A stretch of DNA of 38,196 bases from Proteromonas lacertae. Lineage: Eukaryota. Under the pieces are notes generated by a model. It ran no database searches, was not told where the DNA came from, and saw only the letters and a list, made by a program, of their open reading frames with translations. A program made the position numbers and the translations under genes. Location: positions 1 to 38,196 of the forward strand of contig NGBS01001216.1 in the NCBI GenBank assembly GCA_002245135.1. Reading direction: 5' to 3'. The stretch's first letter is position 1; each line of letters begins with the position of its first letter. Below are positions 37,640 through 38,196 of this stretch, piece after piece.

Positions 37640-37749
37640 TATTGATTGTTTATGATGCATTTGAGTTAGGCAAAATATCAATAAAAAAAAAACATTTATA
37701 ATCAAATTAAATATTTACATTACATTATTAAAGCATAAAATAAATAAAT

Positions 37750-38196
37750 TAAACATAATCTTTCTTTTTTATTTCTCCATTATCACTAACTTCGTAATAT
37801 TTACCTATTCTCTTTCGTAATATTGATGGTTGAAGGCTTACTGATCTTCTAATCTCTTTCTTTTCTTTCTTTTTCATCTTTTTCTTCTCAATTCTTTTCA
37901 AATGAGGTGATTCAATACTTTCTTCTTCTTTTTCTATTTCTTCTATTGGATCATGTTTATTATTGATGGCAATGATGTTTTTGCTTTTGTATCAGACTTT
38001 TTCATCTCCAAATTTAAATAATTTGTTTTCATTGGCGTATTATGAGTAGTCTTACATTTTCTTTTCCCTATTCCAGCAGTCTGCATATATTTTATCCTTT
38101 CATTTGTCTTGTGTAAATCCATTATAGCAATTCTCAACTTTAACCATACATCTGTAGTGGCTGGTTCAATTTCACTATTATTTGTGTATATTTCTT
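37750..38196 (-). CDS. 3' part of a hypothetical gene entering from outside the window
   Basis: Coding-like purine-rich minus strand (WLKLRIAIMDLHK...; HDPIEEIEKEEES...; SILRKRIGKYYEV) with frameshifts; end approximate. Confidence 0.4.

Overview
AT-rich, very compact eukaryotic nuclear DNA with ultra-short (mostly ~25-39 nt) GT-AG introns and head-to-head genes 50-100 bp apart. A mastigoneme-type EGF protein plus the intron size suggest a stramenopile, possibly Blastocystis/Opalinata-like (inference). The ORF track therefore mostly shows exon fragments. 1-8050 holds ordinary single-copy genes: EGF/mastigoneme-like protein, EF-hand protein, 3R-Myb, tRNA-Pro(CGG), a CLC channel lacking the gating glutamate, and a hypothetical gene. 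8102-30796 is a rearranged block. Two diverged ~1.5-kb direct repeats (HMG-box gene plus BTB exon 1) enclose a ~250-bp kinase fragment and three tandem copies of a ~6.48-kb unit. Each unit carries a ~1016-aa pseudokinase-LRR gene, a Byr4/Bfa1-motif ORF, a 5'-truncated agmatine deiminase with an in-frame TGA, a hypothetical gene and a gene remnant. Downstream are a BTB-BACK-(He_PIG Ig) gene, a CENP-B/Tc5 HTH ORF and a diverged fourth pseudokinase-LRR paralog. The best candidate for an undescribed system is this locally expanding family of cytosolic modular proteins. They combine an N-terminal pseudokinase or BTB module, an apparently shared helical motif, and a C-terminal LRR (on phase-1 symmetric exons) or Ig module. 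Many single-base indels, especially in unit 3 and after 34.3 kb, look like long-read consensus errors, so copy number and pseudogene calls need read-level checks.
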